Below, in pieces: positions 21,601 to 36,600 of a stretch of DNA of 64,000 nucleotides. A model generated the notes under the pieces. It ran no database searches. It was given only the letters and a program-made list of their open reading frames with translations, and was not told where the DNA came from. This stretch comes from Balanoglossus misakiensis (lineage: Eukaryota; Animalia; Hemichordata). The number at the start of each line of letters is the position of its first letter. The stretch's first letter is position 1. The position numbers and the translations under genes are program-made. The stretch covers positions 3,580,303 through 3,644,302 of the forward strand of contig CM082582.2 in NCBI GenBank assembly GCA_040954595.2. Direction: 5' to 3'.

Positions 21601-24600
21601 TTGTGGATGGATGGGATGGTTGGTTGCTTGTGGGTAGCAGGCAAAGAGTTCACTACATACATAACAATGCAGACAACAGAATTTAAGTTCTGTCTTGTAA
21701 ACATGTCAATATCTGTTGAAATCACAAGTTTTTTATATTGATATAGGTGAAAACATTAACTACTTACATGTAGTTGCTTTACCTTGAAAATAACTAAACA
21801 TTTCCAATTTATTTGCTTGTAAGCATTGATGACGTACAAAATAATACTGCCAAGGTTGTCGTAGAAGTATTTACACCTGTGTAAATACTTCTACTTTTTA
21901 AAATAACCTGTTACTTGCAAAATTCTTGCATTAAACTATATTGTAAATGCATTTGAAGCCAACAATATGGCTAAAACATTAATATTCGGTATTTAGGGAA
22001 AAAAAATTGGGACAAAACCTCCTTTCTCAAATATACCACAGTATTCAGCTTTGCTTACTACATGTATGTGTACATGAGTCTATACTTAGTCAAGTGACTA
22101 CTTTTCATAGTACACTGTTATGGTATGAGTATGGACAACAACTGCAGTTCGAATATTTTCATGACACAATTGAAGGTTTCTGAAGACATAATGGACTTCT
22201 ATTAACCTGTGCAAATTTGAATTTATTATTTCTAGCTGACATCAGAGAAATCAAAGAAATTCGTCCTGGCAAGAATTCTCGAGACTTTGAAAGATGGCCT
22301 GAAGACATTCGGAAGCTAGATGCATCAATGTGTTTTGTAGTAATGTATGGCAGTGAATTTAGGCTGAAGTCTCTTTCTTGTGCAGGTAAGTAAAACAATT
22401 TTACTGGCAACACCCTGGTATTTCTCAGTGGATTCACTGAAGTTAGGCACGCAAGTATTTTTTAGTTTTTATAGCAGTCAAACTGTAGAAAGGAAATCGT
22501 ACTTCCAAATTCTGTTTTAACTCCATAAGCTGTATATTTTGCTACATGTATGTTTCCAGAATGTTTGTATTGTGGGTCAATGACGGTTTCTTTTTCAAAT
22601 TTCTGAAACTTGATGAAATGCCCAGCATTTAGCTTATCAACACAACATATGTGTATAGTCAGCCTCGTCATTGTGCAAAATTTGAATTCAAGTTCCGACT
22701 AGAGTTCATTTGTCAACGATAACAATGACCGTTACATGCATACAGGCCATAATGACAAGCAGTGTCACTGCACAAGTGGTTTTCATGGAGTCTTCTTAGT
22801 TTTTTTGTTAGAAGAAGTAGGACAACAATTTTTTAGAATCATGCTAAAATATTTGAGCAGTCAAATTTTATTTAGTGGGATCACTTTCTTTCCTGTGTGC
22901 AAGGATCTGTTTTCCCACGAGATATGCAAATCGGTTTTCATTCATAAAATCAAGTCACCTTTCAAGTTGTATACACTTTGCGTCTTGACTACCAATCAGA
23001 TTCACAGAGTCAAAAGACATGAATTTCGATACATTTTTCATTATTGAGTGTGCAGCAGTTATTACTGTCTTCTGTTTTTATTTTTTCCAGCGACAAGTAG
23101 TGATGGATGTGATACTTGGATGAGGGGTCTTCATTGGCTAGTGAAAGACACAGTCAACTCTAACCACCAACTCATTGTAGAAAGGTGAGCAACATAATGC
23201 GTGTCAGTTTGACAACTAAATTCCTCGCGTGTTTGGTACAAGACACCATTTATGTTAATGTACATGTGTATATGTAGTGAATGACACACAACCACACACA
23301 ACTTCCATCCTGCTTGTATGATGTGAGAGTAAAATCTCGCCCAAAATGAATAAATGATAAAGACCGATTATTCATTTTGGCGAGTTTTTTCACTCTCGTG
23401 TCTGCAAGCGGGATGAAAGGTGTGTGTGTTGAACGTCAATTCACTATATATCCACCTGTACATCAACACAAACGGTGTCTTGTATCAAACATAATTAATG
23501 GGAAAGGGGTAGCGAGAGAGAGACTTTGTCCCTTTAACGCTCAGTGTACTGTACCATGTTGTACACATCAGTGGCAATTATTCCTGGGTTTTGGATTGTG
23601 CATAGTTTGTTAGATTCATGACCTGTCAAGCTTAACCCTACATTCTGAAAAGTGGCCTACTGATTGTAAAAGCATTTATTAATTGTATCCATTGGAATAC
23701 ATGGGATCCCAGTGGTTTGGCTAAAGCAATGTTGAGCTTGGCTAGAATTTTTTGACCTTATCTAGCCAAATTTGCGAGAAGATTTTGAAACCCAGGAGGA
23801 AACACTGAGAAAAAACACATTAACTATGTTTGACATTACTATCACTTGTAGCACAAGTTTGATATTATGATCTGTTTTATCACAGATGGCTTTGGAAGGA
23901 GTTCTATGCAATGGACAGGAACAAGTCAAATTCGTAAGTAACATCAAGTGGCAGGTTGATCTGCTCTAACCCTTTCACCACCATGGTTTGGTCCAAACCC
24001 ATTGTTTCCTATGGTAAAGTTGGACCTCTATAGAGGGAACTGGGGGGGGGGGGGGGGGAAGAGTTAAGATTTACCTTGCTGACATTGAATCTTGAAGGGT
24101 CTATGGCACGCCCAAAACAACTGCATGTAATGTGTGTTGGAGTCAATTTTTAAAGAAGGCTAGAGTTCCAATACAAGTAAAACATGAAATGTTGGTACTT
24201 ATCCATAAAATTTATTTTGCAGTTTAATCCAGTATGGTGGCCATTTTGTAACACCTTTTTATGCCCATAGCTATTACTCAGACATTCAAACTTGGTACAT
24301 GTACAAGGATTGTGCAATATATGTATGGTTAATATTTATATGCAGGTCAATTCCTGTTACAATGTAGTCAAATATTGCTGTCTATTGTTTTGTGGTATGT
24401 TCTAATGTTAGAAGTATTTTTATAGCATTGTGTAAAAAAGATTTTACTGATTTCATCCCACCACATTTTCCACATTTTCTTTAGTCATTCATCCAGCGGG
24501 GACTATGTCTTTGTAGATGACTTTTCTGAAAATCTTTTCTGCAAATTGCTGAATATTGGATTGTCTTCTTCTTTACTAGGGTGTCAGTAAAAGAAGTGAA

Positions 24601-27600
24601 AACTTTTCTACCACGTGTAAATTGCAAAATTAGCACAAACCGCTTGCGGGAAGCATTCAGGGTAAGTGATCAACATTTTATTAGCGGCAACATCACTGCA
24701 AAATGTAGACCGTACACTGGCCTTCTGATTGTTTTCTGGAAATAAGGAACTTCAAATCTCTTCATGTCCAGTATTCTGCCGAGACTATGCCCTTTGTGGC
24801 ATTCCCATAAAGAAATCCATAATCACTCCATCAGTTCAACTGCTCCATTAATTCAACCACCCACTATTCTTAGGAAAATAAATTTTATAACCTTCAATTG
24901 TTTGACCACTGATTAAATGCATGTGTTGATATTGTGTATTTTTCATGAAGATATCTGCAACTTAGACCTTCCAAGGTATTAAGAACTCACTTATTTTATT
25001 TTGTGTGACCTTAAATGGTTCAATTCTATCATAAATATCACCTTAACTACCGGTACATGCTGATAGTGCATGTAGTTCATGCCATGCAAACATGCCCCCT
25101 GAAAAATTATTTAAGAACTTTGAGTGGCCATTTTTGTGTTATGTTATTTTTATTCTATTAATTTCTCTTTTCACAAATCATGTTTATTTTTTTCTGGTTG
25201 AACTGATGGAGTGATTACGGTAGAAATGATGTACCACAGTTGAAATTACCAGGTCATACTGATGCAACCATGAAGTTACACTGACCACGTACAATGGAAA
25301 TCTTTGTGACATATGGACATCCGTGGATCTTTGAACACAAAATAATGTCAGAAATTAACCTTTGTAGTCCCTACGCACAACATCCTTACTCATTGTTCGA
25401 GTTCATCATGGTTGCCAAGAACAACGCTCGCTGAAAACTATGACGGATGTCATGTAAAGTCAACGTTCATTCCCTAAAAAAATTACGTCATCATTTCATC
25501 AGCGTTCACTTTGATTAAGTAGATGATAAAGTGTTATTATTTTCATGTGTAACGATGAGGATCTAGGGTTCAAATTCCAAATTGACCCATATCGTTTCAT
25601 GTGCACAGCTGAAGATGCCCCTTGTGTGTGTTCTATGCCAAGCAGGGCTCAAAATTGATATTTAACCTTATTAGTCAGTTGTGACTACCACATTTATTCA
25701 TTGGTAGTTAGCCACGCAAACTTAGTAGTCAGAATTTCTTTGAATAGCAAAATATATTTTTGTGAAATGAAAGGAGTTCACTGTAGAGTAGATTTTTTTA
25801 GCAACATGTGTTTGCCTGTCAGTAATACAGCATTGACACGTGTCAGTGCAAAGTTTCTGCCTATTCAGTAGCACAGCTGTGAGGCCTGCACCTACTGGTA
25901 GTCAGTGATAATGCTTCATTATCTTCTCTCTGAAGTTTGGTAGGATGATGAATGATGCAAGGTTTTGAAGCTACCAATAATCATGTGAATTATTTGAGAA
26001 TCTTCAAAATACATGTATTAACCCTAATGCTACTGGGTGTCATACCTGTTTAGAGTGTCGAAGTCCCTGTAAATACGTATTTGCCACTTTTTCTTCTAAA
26101 ACGTAGTTTGACTGTCTTGACATGGCTCTCATTCGTACTTAGACACACTTGGCAGTCTGAGCCCCCTGTAAAATGTACCAAATCACACTGGTGCACTGTA
26201 TTGGTCTGAGGGTCTTGTATAGGCCCTACTGATTAACACGCACATGACAGTCTAACAGCCGAAACAGGCCTCTGAGCCAGGATTCTGGGCACCCTGGAAA
26301 TCAAACAAGTTTCAACTGACTCAGCAGCGCTAGGGTTAACAATAGAAGTGAAATATCATTTCAATGATAAATTGATTTTGTAACACAATTAAAATTGTTT
26401 CCTTTTTACTCCAATAAAGGAAGTGGACAGCAAGAAACGGGGTGATATTGGCTTTGAATCGTTTGCTGTTCTCTACCATGATCTCATTTATCAACCAGAG
26501 GTAAGCTGACACAATACCCATAATGCATTGTGCATATACAGTCAAACCTGTCTATAGTGGCCAGTCAAGGGACTTTCCTAAACTTGCCTTAATAGAGAGG
26601 TTACCTTTAAATAGAGGTTAATTATAACACTCATGTGAATTGCACAGGGACTGTAACAAAGTGGCCACTATACAGAGGTGAGCACTATATAGGGGTGGCT
26701 ACTAAGGCTGCATTCACAAACACCTCTGGAGGGGGGGGGGGCGGGAGAATTCAATTTTTTTTACCACTAATTTTCACATGCCCCCCTTCCGAACTGCCAA
26801 TATTTTCAAATCCCCCCCTTCCGAACTGCCAAAATTTTGAAATCCCCCCCCCCCTCCCATTTTCTTTCACAGAGCAAAACACATCACCTATCTATCTTGT
26901 AAAAAAGAAAAACAGCGCTCCCATGAAAAGAATTTGAAACTGATGTTTTCCCTCATCAGTGGGTATTAAAACTGAACATTGTTTTTATTTTTTAAGTACA
27001 TATATTTGTATTCTGTGTTGGGAGACATTGTAAACTGAGAATTGAAGGGGGTGGGTTTGGGAGGGGGTGTCCCCCTCCCACGTAAGAAAATTTTCTAAAA
27101 AACAGAGCTCAAAGCTGCATTTTAATGAACCCGGCAAAAGCAAATTAACTCAACTTACGGTATGTTGGGGAGGACAAATTTAACCGTCGCCGCTCAAAGT
27201 TATCATTGGGTTGGGTAAGTCCCCTGACCTGGGACACTAGATAAACCAGTCAATGATTGAAAGGTGTTGATGAATGGAGGGGGTGGGTGTGGGAGGGGGT
27301 GTCCCCCTCGCACATTAGAAAATTTTGTAAAATAAAGGGCGCGAAACTGCATTTTTGTGGACTCAAAATAAATATTTAGTCGTTAAAGTTTTCAAGTCCC
27401 CCCCCTTTCAGTCCCTAAATTATTTCAAATCCCCCCCTTACATACCCTCAATTTTTTCAAATCCCCCCCCCCCTCAATTCTCCTGCCCCCCCCCCCCTCC
27501 AGAGGTGTTTGTGAATGCAGCCTAACAGGGGTTTGACTGTAGCATACATTGTAGTGGTATAAAACAAAAGCCCAAAATGCAGCATTTGGAAGAGCTGTGA

Positions 27601-30600
27601 TGAGAATAATTGCACTTGTTTCAGGCTGCTAATTTTGTACATGTCAACCCCAACTTCCAAATGCTTGCGTTTCTGTGGGAAAATGCCTTGCAGTGCACAT
27701 TTCTAGCATTTTGGAAGCTGTGACATCTCTAGATTTGATCTTTGCCTTTCTTTTGCCAACCCCAACACATACACTGTATACATGTGTTATAAATGCAGAC
27801 CTGGGCCTTGCTTTAGACTGGTCAGGATAGCACCAGAATTTTTCTTTAAAGGGACAAAGTCTCTCTCTTGCTGCCCTTTTCCCATTAATTATGTTTGATA
27901 CAAGACACCATTTATTTCATTCTACATGTGGATATAAAGTGCATCAATGTTCGACCACACACAACTTTCATCCCGTTTGTAGGATATGAGAGTAAAAACT
28001 CGCCCAAAATGAATAAATGGTAGAGACCGATTATTCATTTTGGCGAGTTTTTTCCACTCTCGTGTCAACAAGTCGGATGGAAGTTGTGTGTAGTCGAATG
28101 TTAATTCACTATATATCCACATGTAGAATAAAATGGTGTCTTGTATCAAAGATAATTAATTGGAAAAGGGCAGTGAGAGGGAGACTTCGTCCCTTTAAAA
28201 TTATGCGGTAACCTTTATTCTGATTTTCCATATATCTTTACTCTGTAAGTCTGTAAAACATTTTGATATCTACCATAGAACTTGCTAAATGATCCAACCA
28301 ATCTACTTTCAGAGATTCCCTGTCTCACTAGACTTGAGGCTAAAATACTGTCTCATTTGCAAATGTCATAAATCTCACATATTACTGTAATTGGTGACAT
28401 TTGTATCCTACTTGGCAAGTATTTGATTGTCAAATGTGATGCAAGCAGTAACAACAAGATTCATATTGCAGTTGAACATTAATTCTTTAATTATAATATA
28501 AATTGTGATTGTTCTCTTACAGATAGCAGACAGATTTGTAGACTACACAATTAATGGGTAAGTTTTTTCCTAAGTATGCATTCTGACACTTGTTCTGAAA
28601 GGTTGCTATCTCATCTTTATATGAATCTATAGTCAGAGGACTGTTGGATAGAGATGACTATTTTGCGCTGATTAATTTTCGCATTCTCTTATTTCATTAA
28701 CTGCATCGTTCTCTCTGAATATTGGCATGAAAGGGTTAAAACTATTAGTCTCCCCCCCCTCCCCACTTTGATATACTAATCTTACTATGATTTCTATGAT
28801 TTGCTAATATTTTACAGGGAAAAAATTACTCTCCTGGACTTTGTGAATTTCCTTACTTCAGAACAGAGGGTAAGTTTTCACTAATTTTATACCATTTGAA
28901 TATGTCTGTACATGTATGTAATTTTTGTCAGTAGTATACATGTACCTTGATTACTGAGAGAGCAGGAAAGGAGGTATTTCCCCTATGGAGAGGCTATGGA
29001 GAGAAAGAATGTTGATCAGCACAGAGTTTTTCCACTTTGGTGCTTGCTGGAATTTCATAGATGTTGTTTGTCTATAAATGTGCAGAAATAGTAATATATT
29101 TCTGCTCAATTTGGAAATTACATATATGTGTGGTGTGTTTGTGATTGTATGTACCTCTAACCCTTTCACCACCATGGTTCAGTCCAAACCCGTTGTTTTC
29201 TATGGTAAGGTTGGACCTCTGAAGAGGGAATGGGGGTGAAAGGGTTAAAACCCCATGCGTTGTTTTCATCATTTTACATTCAAACAAAAAGTACTGTAAA
29301 ACATGTTATTTTCGGGAGCAATAAATTTTCGCGAAATACGCGAGAGCCAAAATAACGTGAAAATAAAAAGTTGGGTAATTTTTTTTTGGAGATCACGATG
29401 CAGTAAATGAAATAAGAGAATGCGAAAATTAATACTCGCGAAACAGTTGCCTCTTTTGATATCGCGAAAATTTCCTGTCGTGAAAATAACATGTTTTACA
29501 GTATCTCATGTAAACAACACTTACTGAGGCGTGGGTATCAGCTGATTATCAACCATTCACTACACAAGTGAGGCATAATTAGATATGTGTATTCTGTTTT
29601 GCAGGACCCTATTGCTGCTGACACTGCTGCTGTTACCAAATTTTTACATGATTTTGTGGAGGATCCAACAAGGCAAGTGGAGGAACCCTATCTGACAATG
29701 AAAGAGGTAATTATCAGAATAGTTTTACATGCAAACACAACTACCAGTAGGTGTTCTGATGATTGAAGCATGATGTATGGGGCGCCGTTTGTAAACTTAT
29801 TATTCAACTAAATTATTTGTCAAAAAGTCATTATTTAACACTCTTATATTATAAATGTACTGTTGATGGGCATTGTGGATGGATTACTTTTAACCAGACA
29901 AAATTTTAGTTAAAATGGTCATTACATCAGGGTTTTGTCAATCCCATTTCTTTAAAATAAAAGACCCTTCACAGTGAAGTGAAAAGGGGGCTGACTTCTA
30001 AACCATGAAACTAAATAATAAGTTTACAAATTGTATTGATTAGTACAAATTCCTGGTTGAGTTGAGGGTGATTATGAAAAGAATATATGTTGATAAATCT
30101 TCATTTGTAAGGGACTGATATTATGTAATTTTCTAAATTATTAATTGATTTTATTAATTTTCCCCAAGTTTGTAGACTACCTGTACTCCAAGCATAACAC
30201 AGTCTGGGATAGTAGCCATGTCAACATCAACCAAGACATGAACCATCCAATGTCTTACTACTGGATTGCCTGTTCCCATAACACGTAAGTTTCTCATTCT
30301 TGGTTAATCGGAAGTGACAAATTATTAGCTGACATGATTTATAGTTTTGAATCCTTTTGTTGCCAAAGGGTTATTAGAGTCATCACAAATTCCAAATGAT
30401 GTTCGCTAAGGATAAGGAGAAGATAGAAGCATTTTTTCCTTTAAAAGTTTTTGTAACTGGCAGCTTTAACTTGACACGGTCTTGCATAATTCAGTGTGTT
30501 GCTTACCCGCACAGTATTGATAGCCCTTTCAAATTTCCCCCTGTACATACAGAGGTTCAGGCCTAAGAGGGGTAAAGATAACCTTTGCATAACATTTATT

Positions 30601-33600
30601 GCACGATGTGAAATGTTTGCTGTTTGTTACAGTGTTAACAAACAGTAAAATAGTTTTCTTTGTTGATTAAACAGATATCTTACAGGAGATCAGTTTTCAA
30701 GCGAGTCATCCTGTGAAGCCTATGTCAGATGTCTTCGAATGGGTTGCAGATGCATAGAACGTAAGTAAATCATCTAAACATTATAACATTCAGAAAAGGC
30801 TTTTAGTTCCAGAAACAAGCTTTAGAATTCTTGTTTTTCTTGCTATCCTTTTTTCTTTCTGTCCCAGAATTTGGACTATAAATGTAGGTGTTTCCCCATA
30901 TAGATGCAAAATGTTCTTTGTTACCCACAGTGCATTAGTAGATGCCTATGACGTCATCAGTAGGATAGCCAATCAAGTACTTGTAATGTCAACAGTCATC
31001 TGTCATGCTTATAAAGGCTGACGATCGTGTTATGCGCTTGTGCGTAATTTCATGTGTACAAACATAACCTCCAATCCAAATGTTCTGCAAATTTTGCATT
31101 TGATGCTGTCTAATAGTGGACTGCATTCACTTCCTTCCATATTTCGTGAACACCATACATGTATAAGCAGACTTTAGTTTTATTCCTTCTTTTCATGCAA
31201 TTTGCTGACTTTTCCCGATCTCAGCAACACAGACTATGTTCGCCGCCATCTTGTCTGTTGTTAGGACAGCACACTATCTTATGGCATTGACTGTATACAA
31301 TAGTTGTAATCAGAATCACTAGGCATCCCAAGTAGATACTTCCATGGTATTCTGTGTGTTCAGCTTGGGCCCTGCTAACGCTGCTTGCAGCTTTAACATA
31401 TTTGGACTGACCAAAAACCGATGAAGAGGGTTTATCTATAAATACATCTGACCCACAAGAACTGTATCATCTCTAATGACTTTTTAATACAAGATCGGTA
31501 TATTTTGCTGAGATTTTATCTTAGGAAACAGACATTTCCTGTTTTTTTTCCAGCTCTGGACTTATAGATTGACCTTTGACCTGAATGTGTGTTTTGTTTA
31601 ATAATTGTGAGAGGTGTTGCATGTTGACTTGATAATTCTTATATATAATCTCGCGAAAATGAATAATCGGTGTTTACCATTTATTTATTTTGGTGGAAAT
31701 TTTACTCCCATATCCTACAAACGGGATGGAAGTTGTGTGTCGTTGAATGTTGATTCTCTGTATATCCACATGTAGAATAACATGAACGGTGTCTTGTATA
31801 AAAAATAATTAATGGGAAAAGGCCTGCGAGAGAGAGACTTTGTCCCTTTAAGCAAATATTTATCTCATGAAAATTCTTTTTCACTACAGTGGATTGTTGG
31901 GATGGTACAGACGGCTCCCCAGTCATCTTCCATGGTCATACACTAACTTCCAAAATCAAATTTATTGATGTGATCAAGACAATAAAAGAGCATGCCTTTG
32001 TTACTTCAGAGTAAGTAAACTTATATTTGCCAAAAAGACTATTAAGTACTATATATACAGCAGATGGCTTTATAGCTAGACCACAAGGTGCAATTTGTTA
32101 CAAATTTTTAATCTTAATATTAAGTTGACTATGCTCGATTGGGGCGAAATAGATAAGCAACAATGGCCATCAGCTTGGTTATGCTTGATCAGATTCTCAA
32201 AACTGGCTGCAATTTTTGTTGTCCACATTAGAGCTTGCCAAATATCGTTCTAGACTGGTGTATTGCAACTCAATGAATTCTTATCGACCATAAGGAAGAA
32301 TAAATTCTCGAGTAAAACCCTACACACTGCAGTGAACTTTCATTTATCCTTTATCAAGAAGATGAAATATTCAAAAATACAATGACTGCCATATACATTC
32401 ATGTTATGATTTTCACAACAAATAACCATAGTTAATACCGGTACTACTATACCGCAGCCAAGAATCAGTTATATGATTTTTAGATCCAATTTGGAATATG
32501 TACACCAGTGGGACCTTATTTATCAGTGGTGTCTGTATGTTTTATCTTGACCTATGTTCATGTACATTACAGGTATCCAGTGATTTTGTCCATTGAAAAC
32601 CACTGCAGTCTACCTCAGCAAAGAATAATGGCTTGTTCGTTCCAAGAAGTTTTTGGAGGTAAGTGAGACAATTCTGTATTTTTTCCCCCTTTCCAACATT
32701 TTTAGCTAAACATATGTTTGTGTTTCATCTCATTTTTGTTCGGTCTAAATATCATAAAAATCACTTGTATACTGGTGTCATCATCAATGACACAGTCTAT
32801 ACTATGATTTCAATAGGCCGACATTGTTTACTGAAATGAGAATTTTGTCAAGTGAAACTATTAGGTCAACATCAGACTTTTATTGATAAATGTTGACTCT
32901 ACCACTCATGCACACATCCACTTCAAATTCCAGAACACTTGCATCTAATACCAAATCACAGTACATGTACACACACTCTGAACCAAAAGATTTGATTGAA
33001 GGGTACCTGACATCTTACCTGGACACCAATATATCCTTACAGATTAGCCCCTATCGTCAGTACCAAATGGTGCTAACTGGCTTCTCGGTATCAGTGGTGC
33101 CCTATGACAACTACAACAGCTATGACTACATACAACAAATTGGAGTTGAAGTCAAACTTGAATATCCCTGTTCATGTGTTCATTCTCTCATTCCGGGAAT
33201 ATGATTTTTCCACAGACATGCTTCTGACGCAGCCAATAGACAGAGATGCAACACAGTTACCCGCACCAAACCAGCTGCTTCAGAAAATCATTCTCAAACA
33301 CAAGAAACTTCCAGAGGGCAGCAGTGACACATTTACTGTTCCAGCAAACTACGACAGTAGTAAGTCAACTATGAAAGCGTTAACCCAATTCTTACTAATA
33401 ATTCTTACTAATCCTAGCTGTTTCTACTTTGTTCCAAATGACCTTTCCTTCCACCAATCCTACTACTTAACCCTTTCACCACCATGGTTCAGTCCAAACC
33501 CATTGTTTTTTATGCTAAGGTTGGACCTCTGAAGAGGAAACTGGGGGTGAAAGGGTTAAACTTACTTCCATAATCCTTCCTTTTCTGTACTACACTTTTG

Positions 33601-36600
33601 CCCACCATCATATCTGTTCCATCATACCTCAGATTTTCCTTCCTTTTTCCCAACATTCCTGATGGTACGACTTTCAGTTGCACCCTTCCCATGATATTTT
33701 TTTTGCCTTTACAATCCACACTTTCATTTCCTCAACTCCGATAGGCGGTACTCTTTCAAGAACTCAACATACAGCTTCTGTACTTTCGAGTTTCAATCAA
33801 AGTGAAACTGAAAGGAACTTTGACGAATGCATGGGTAATGTATTCTCAAAAAATTCCTTAAGAATGCATGGTTAATATATTTATTCCGAAAAATTCTTTA
33901 GGAATGTGCGTGTAATGTAATATGGGACTTTCGGGTCGTTGCGACCCCATTCGGAAACTTGAGGATTTCAAGCTTTTGCCACTGGGGGCGCTATCTTGCC
34001 CAGAGGAGTGGGCCAGGTTTTCTATGTACAGCAATATTACCAATAGGCTTCGTATCCGTAACACTCGAAACTATACTTTGATTTGTTCTCTAGTCACCGT
34101 AAGCCTTGAATTGAGGCAAACTTTTAATGTAATGCACCTGGTAGAAATGCAGCTTCAAACGCTAAAAATACCCAAGGATGAATGGCATGACCTTTCATCA
34201 TGCTCCCCAATCTGATTAAAATCAGATGTAGGGTATGGCGAATACCGCACCGCGAAGTAAAAGACGTCGCCGTACCCTACATCTGATTTTAATCAGATTG
34301 CATTCTCTCACACTGAGAAAGAAACGTCTGAGAACTAAGATACGACACGGATATAGATAGTATGACGTGAACCGAGTTGGGTATCCAACCGTCTTTGCTT
34401 TGAAAAAACTTGGAGGACTTTATCTTGGTTTTGGCCTTCATGTTCATCTTGCGAACATCTTCACTTGTGATGCTGCAGTTGCCTCTGTGACTGAATGTAG
34501 TGTGTAGCCCACATTTTTTGCCAAATTTGCAGTGCCCCCAACTTGATACTTGCATGTCACAGCAATTGGAATGGCCTGTGTTCCTCCAAGTGGGCACAGA
34601 TTCTTCATTACCAGAATTCTTCTGAATGCAGCGGTATTTTCTTTCCTGTATTTCCAGAACATACGAGCACCATATCTTGCACAATGTCAGTGCATAATTC
34701 TTTTATGATACAAAATCAAGCAGATTTAGCTGCGCTGGAATAGACCAATTGATCAAATTATGATCAACACAGTTGATAATTATGTCATGTTCAAACAACT
34801 GCTCTTGGTCAGATCTTGGCATTTAGGGTATGGCACTCTGAGAACTGTGTACATTGTTGAATTAGACGGCTGAACACCATTAAGGTGGATGACTATCCAG
34901 ATGCAGTGCGTGGTTATCACATTCCATGGCCTTACATGTAGAATTTTAAGAAAACAGTGTTGCAATGTTGTCATTTTTCCTTGAAATTTTCACAAAAGGT
35001 GCTGAAAGAGGAGTATTGTTAAATGGTGTAAAGAAAACACTGCTTTTTGAAAGAAAATACTAATTTTTGATGGAGCTGTTCAGATATTTCACTATGATAG
35101 GAAAATCAAGCATATAAAGAAACTTGTGCAAGAAAAGTGCTGACTCAGCATTTTCCACAATATTTGAGACCTCTAACTGAAAAAGTAGCAGTGGAACACC
35201 CTGTTTTCTCTCTATTCGCTTTTGAGAGGTCCACTACCTGAAACCATACTGGAGACATTGGGATCAACAGACAGTAAATGAGGTTGATAGTCTGCTATTA
35301 AATTAAATACTTCTGTATTCAGCACAGATTGGAAATATTTGAATACAATACTCTTATCAACTGTGTTTAATCATGAACATATCAAGTGTATATTCATGCA
35401 GCTCAATTTGCTTGGAATGTCATTTATTTTTGCAGACAGGACAATACTCATCACAGTGTTTTGCTAAGGTTAGGGAAAATTGGTAAATGACTTGGGAACC
35501 TTGGTAAAAAATTCTGCGACCAATTATTTATATGACTACATAAGCAATGTTTGATAAATGTTCGTTCATTCTAAGCGGTATGAATGGCCATAGAAATGGT
35601 ACCAATTCGGGACTATGACTGTTCGTTCGTTGTAAGCGATTTCGTCTTATCGAGGTTCCACTGTACCTAGAAACTTACATGTAGGTAAATAACTGGGTAA
35701 CCCCGGTAACATTGACCCAATGGTGCTGCCCTTAACAGAAACACTGCCATCATTTACGTAATCCATCCTCATCATTCTTCACATCTCGACCAGTTGGCTG
35801 CATTCAGTAGTGACATGTAGTTTTCCTTAGCATCAAAGCTTATGAACATTTTGCATTGCTGGGAAACTATATATGTATTGGATCTATCCAAAAAAAGAAG
35901 GCAATGGGAGCACTTTCTATAGACATATATATCGTCCATGCCTCTCATCATGTTTTTGTTTCTGTGACAACAGGCATAGATGCAGACTTGAGCAACTCGA
36001 TAAGAAATGGCATCCTGTATTTGGAAGATCCAATTGACCATGTAAGTTAATTTTGATTCTCTGTGTAGATTAGAATAAGTCCCTGTCCGTCAGTGCAGCC
36101 ATCTATCTGTCCACAGTCATAGCTCAGGCCAGCATTCCTGAACTTGGCACAGTGACAACATACTACATGTATATTTAACATGTGCATGCCAATTGGAATT
36201 GCAAATTCTGATGCAGTGCAATATTTCTACCTGGTATCCATTTTATCATGATCTGTTGCTCCAATTTGGTATAAGGTGGAGCTCCTGGGATCATCTGAAT
36301 GCGATCATCTGTCTGATCATGGTGGCCACTGAGAATAATTGTTTACTCATCACAGTATGCACAATTTAAAAAACATGTCAATTTCAAACACAAAAGAATG
36401 TGTCAAGTATGCCCTATCATGGCAGTTGACATTGTAACAATGTGGCGAGTGGGGAACTGTTAATCAACTTTGAATTTGACCAAAGCTTTGAAATTTTGTG
36501 AGAATGTGAGAATATGAAACGTGTCTGTTAAACAGAGAATGCCAGCCTATTTACTGTGCTGTTTCTGTGCATACACATTACAGGGTAGAGTTTAAATTCA

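Noticed and set aside
25540-25600. B-box-like ggttcaaattcc suggesting a tRNA or SINE
   Set aside because: No A-box at the right spacing and no cloverleaf.
33975-33995. CTCF-like gccactgggggcgcta
   Set aside because: Spacing is one base short of the consensus core, so key positions mismatch.
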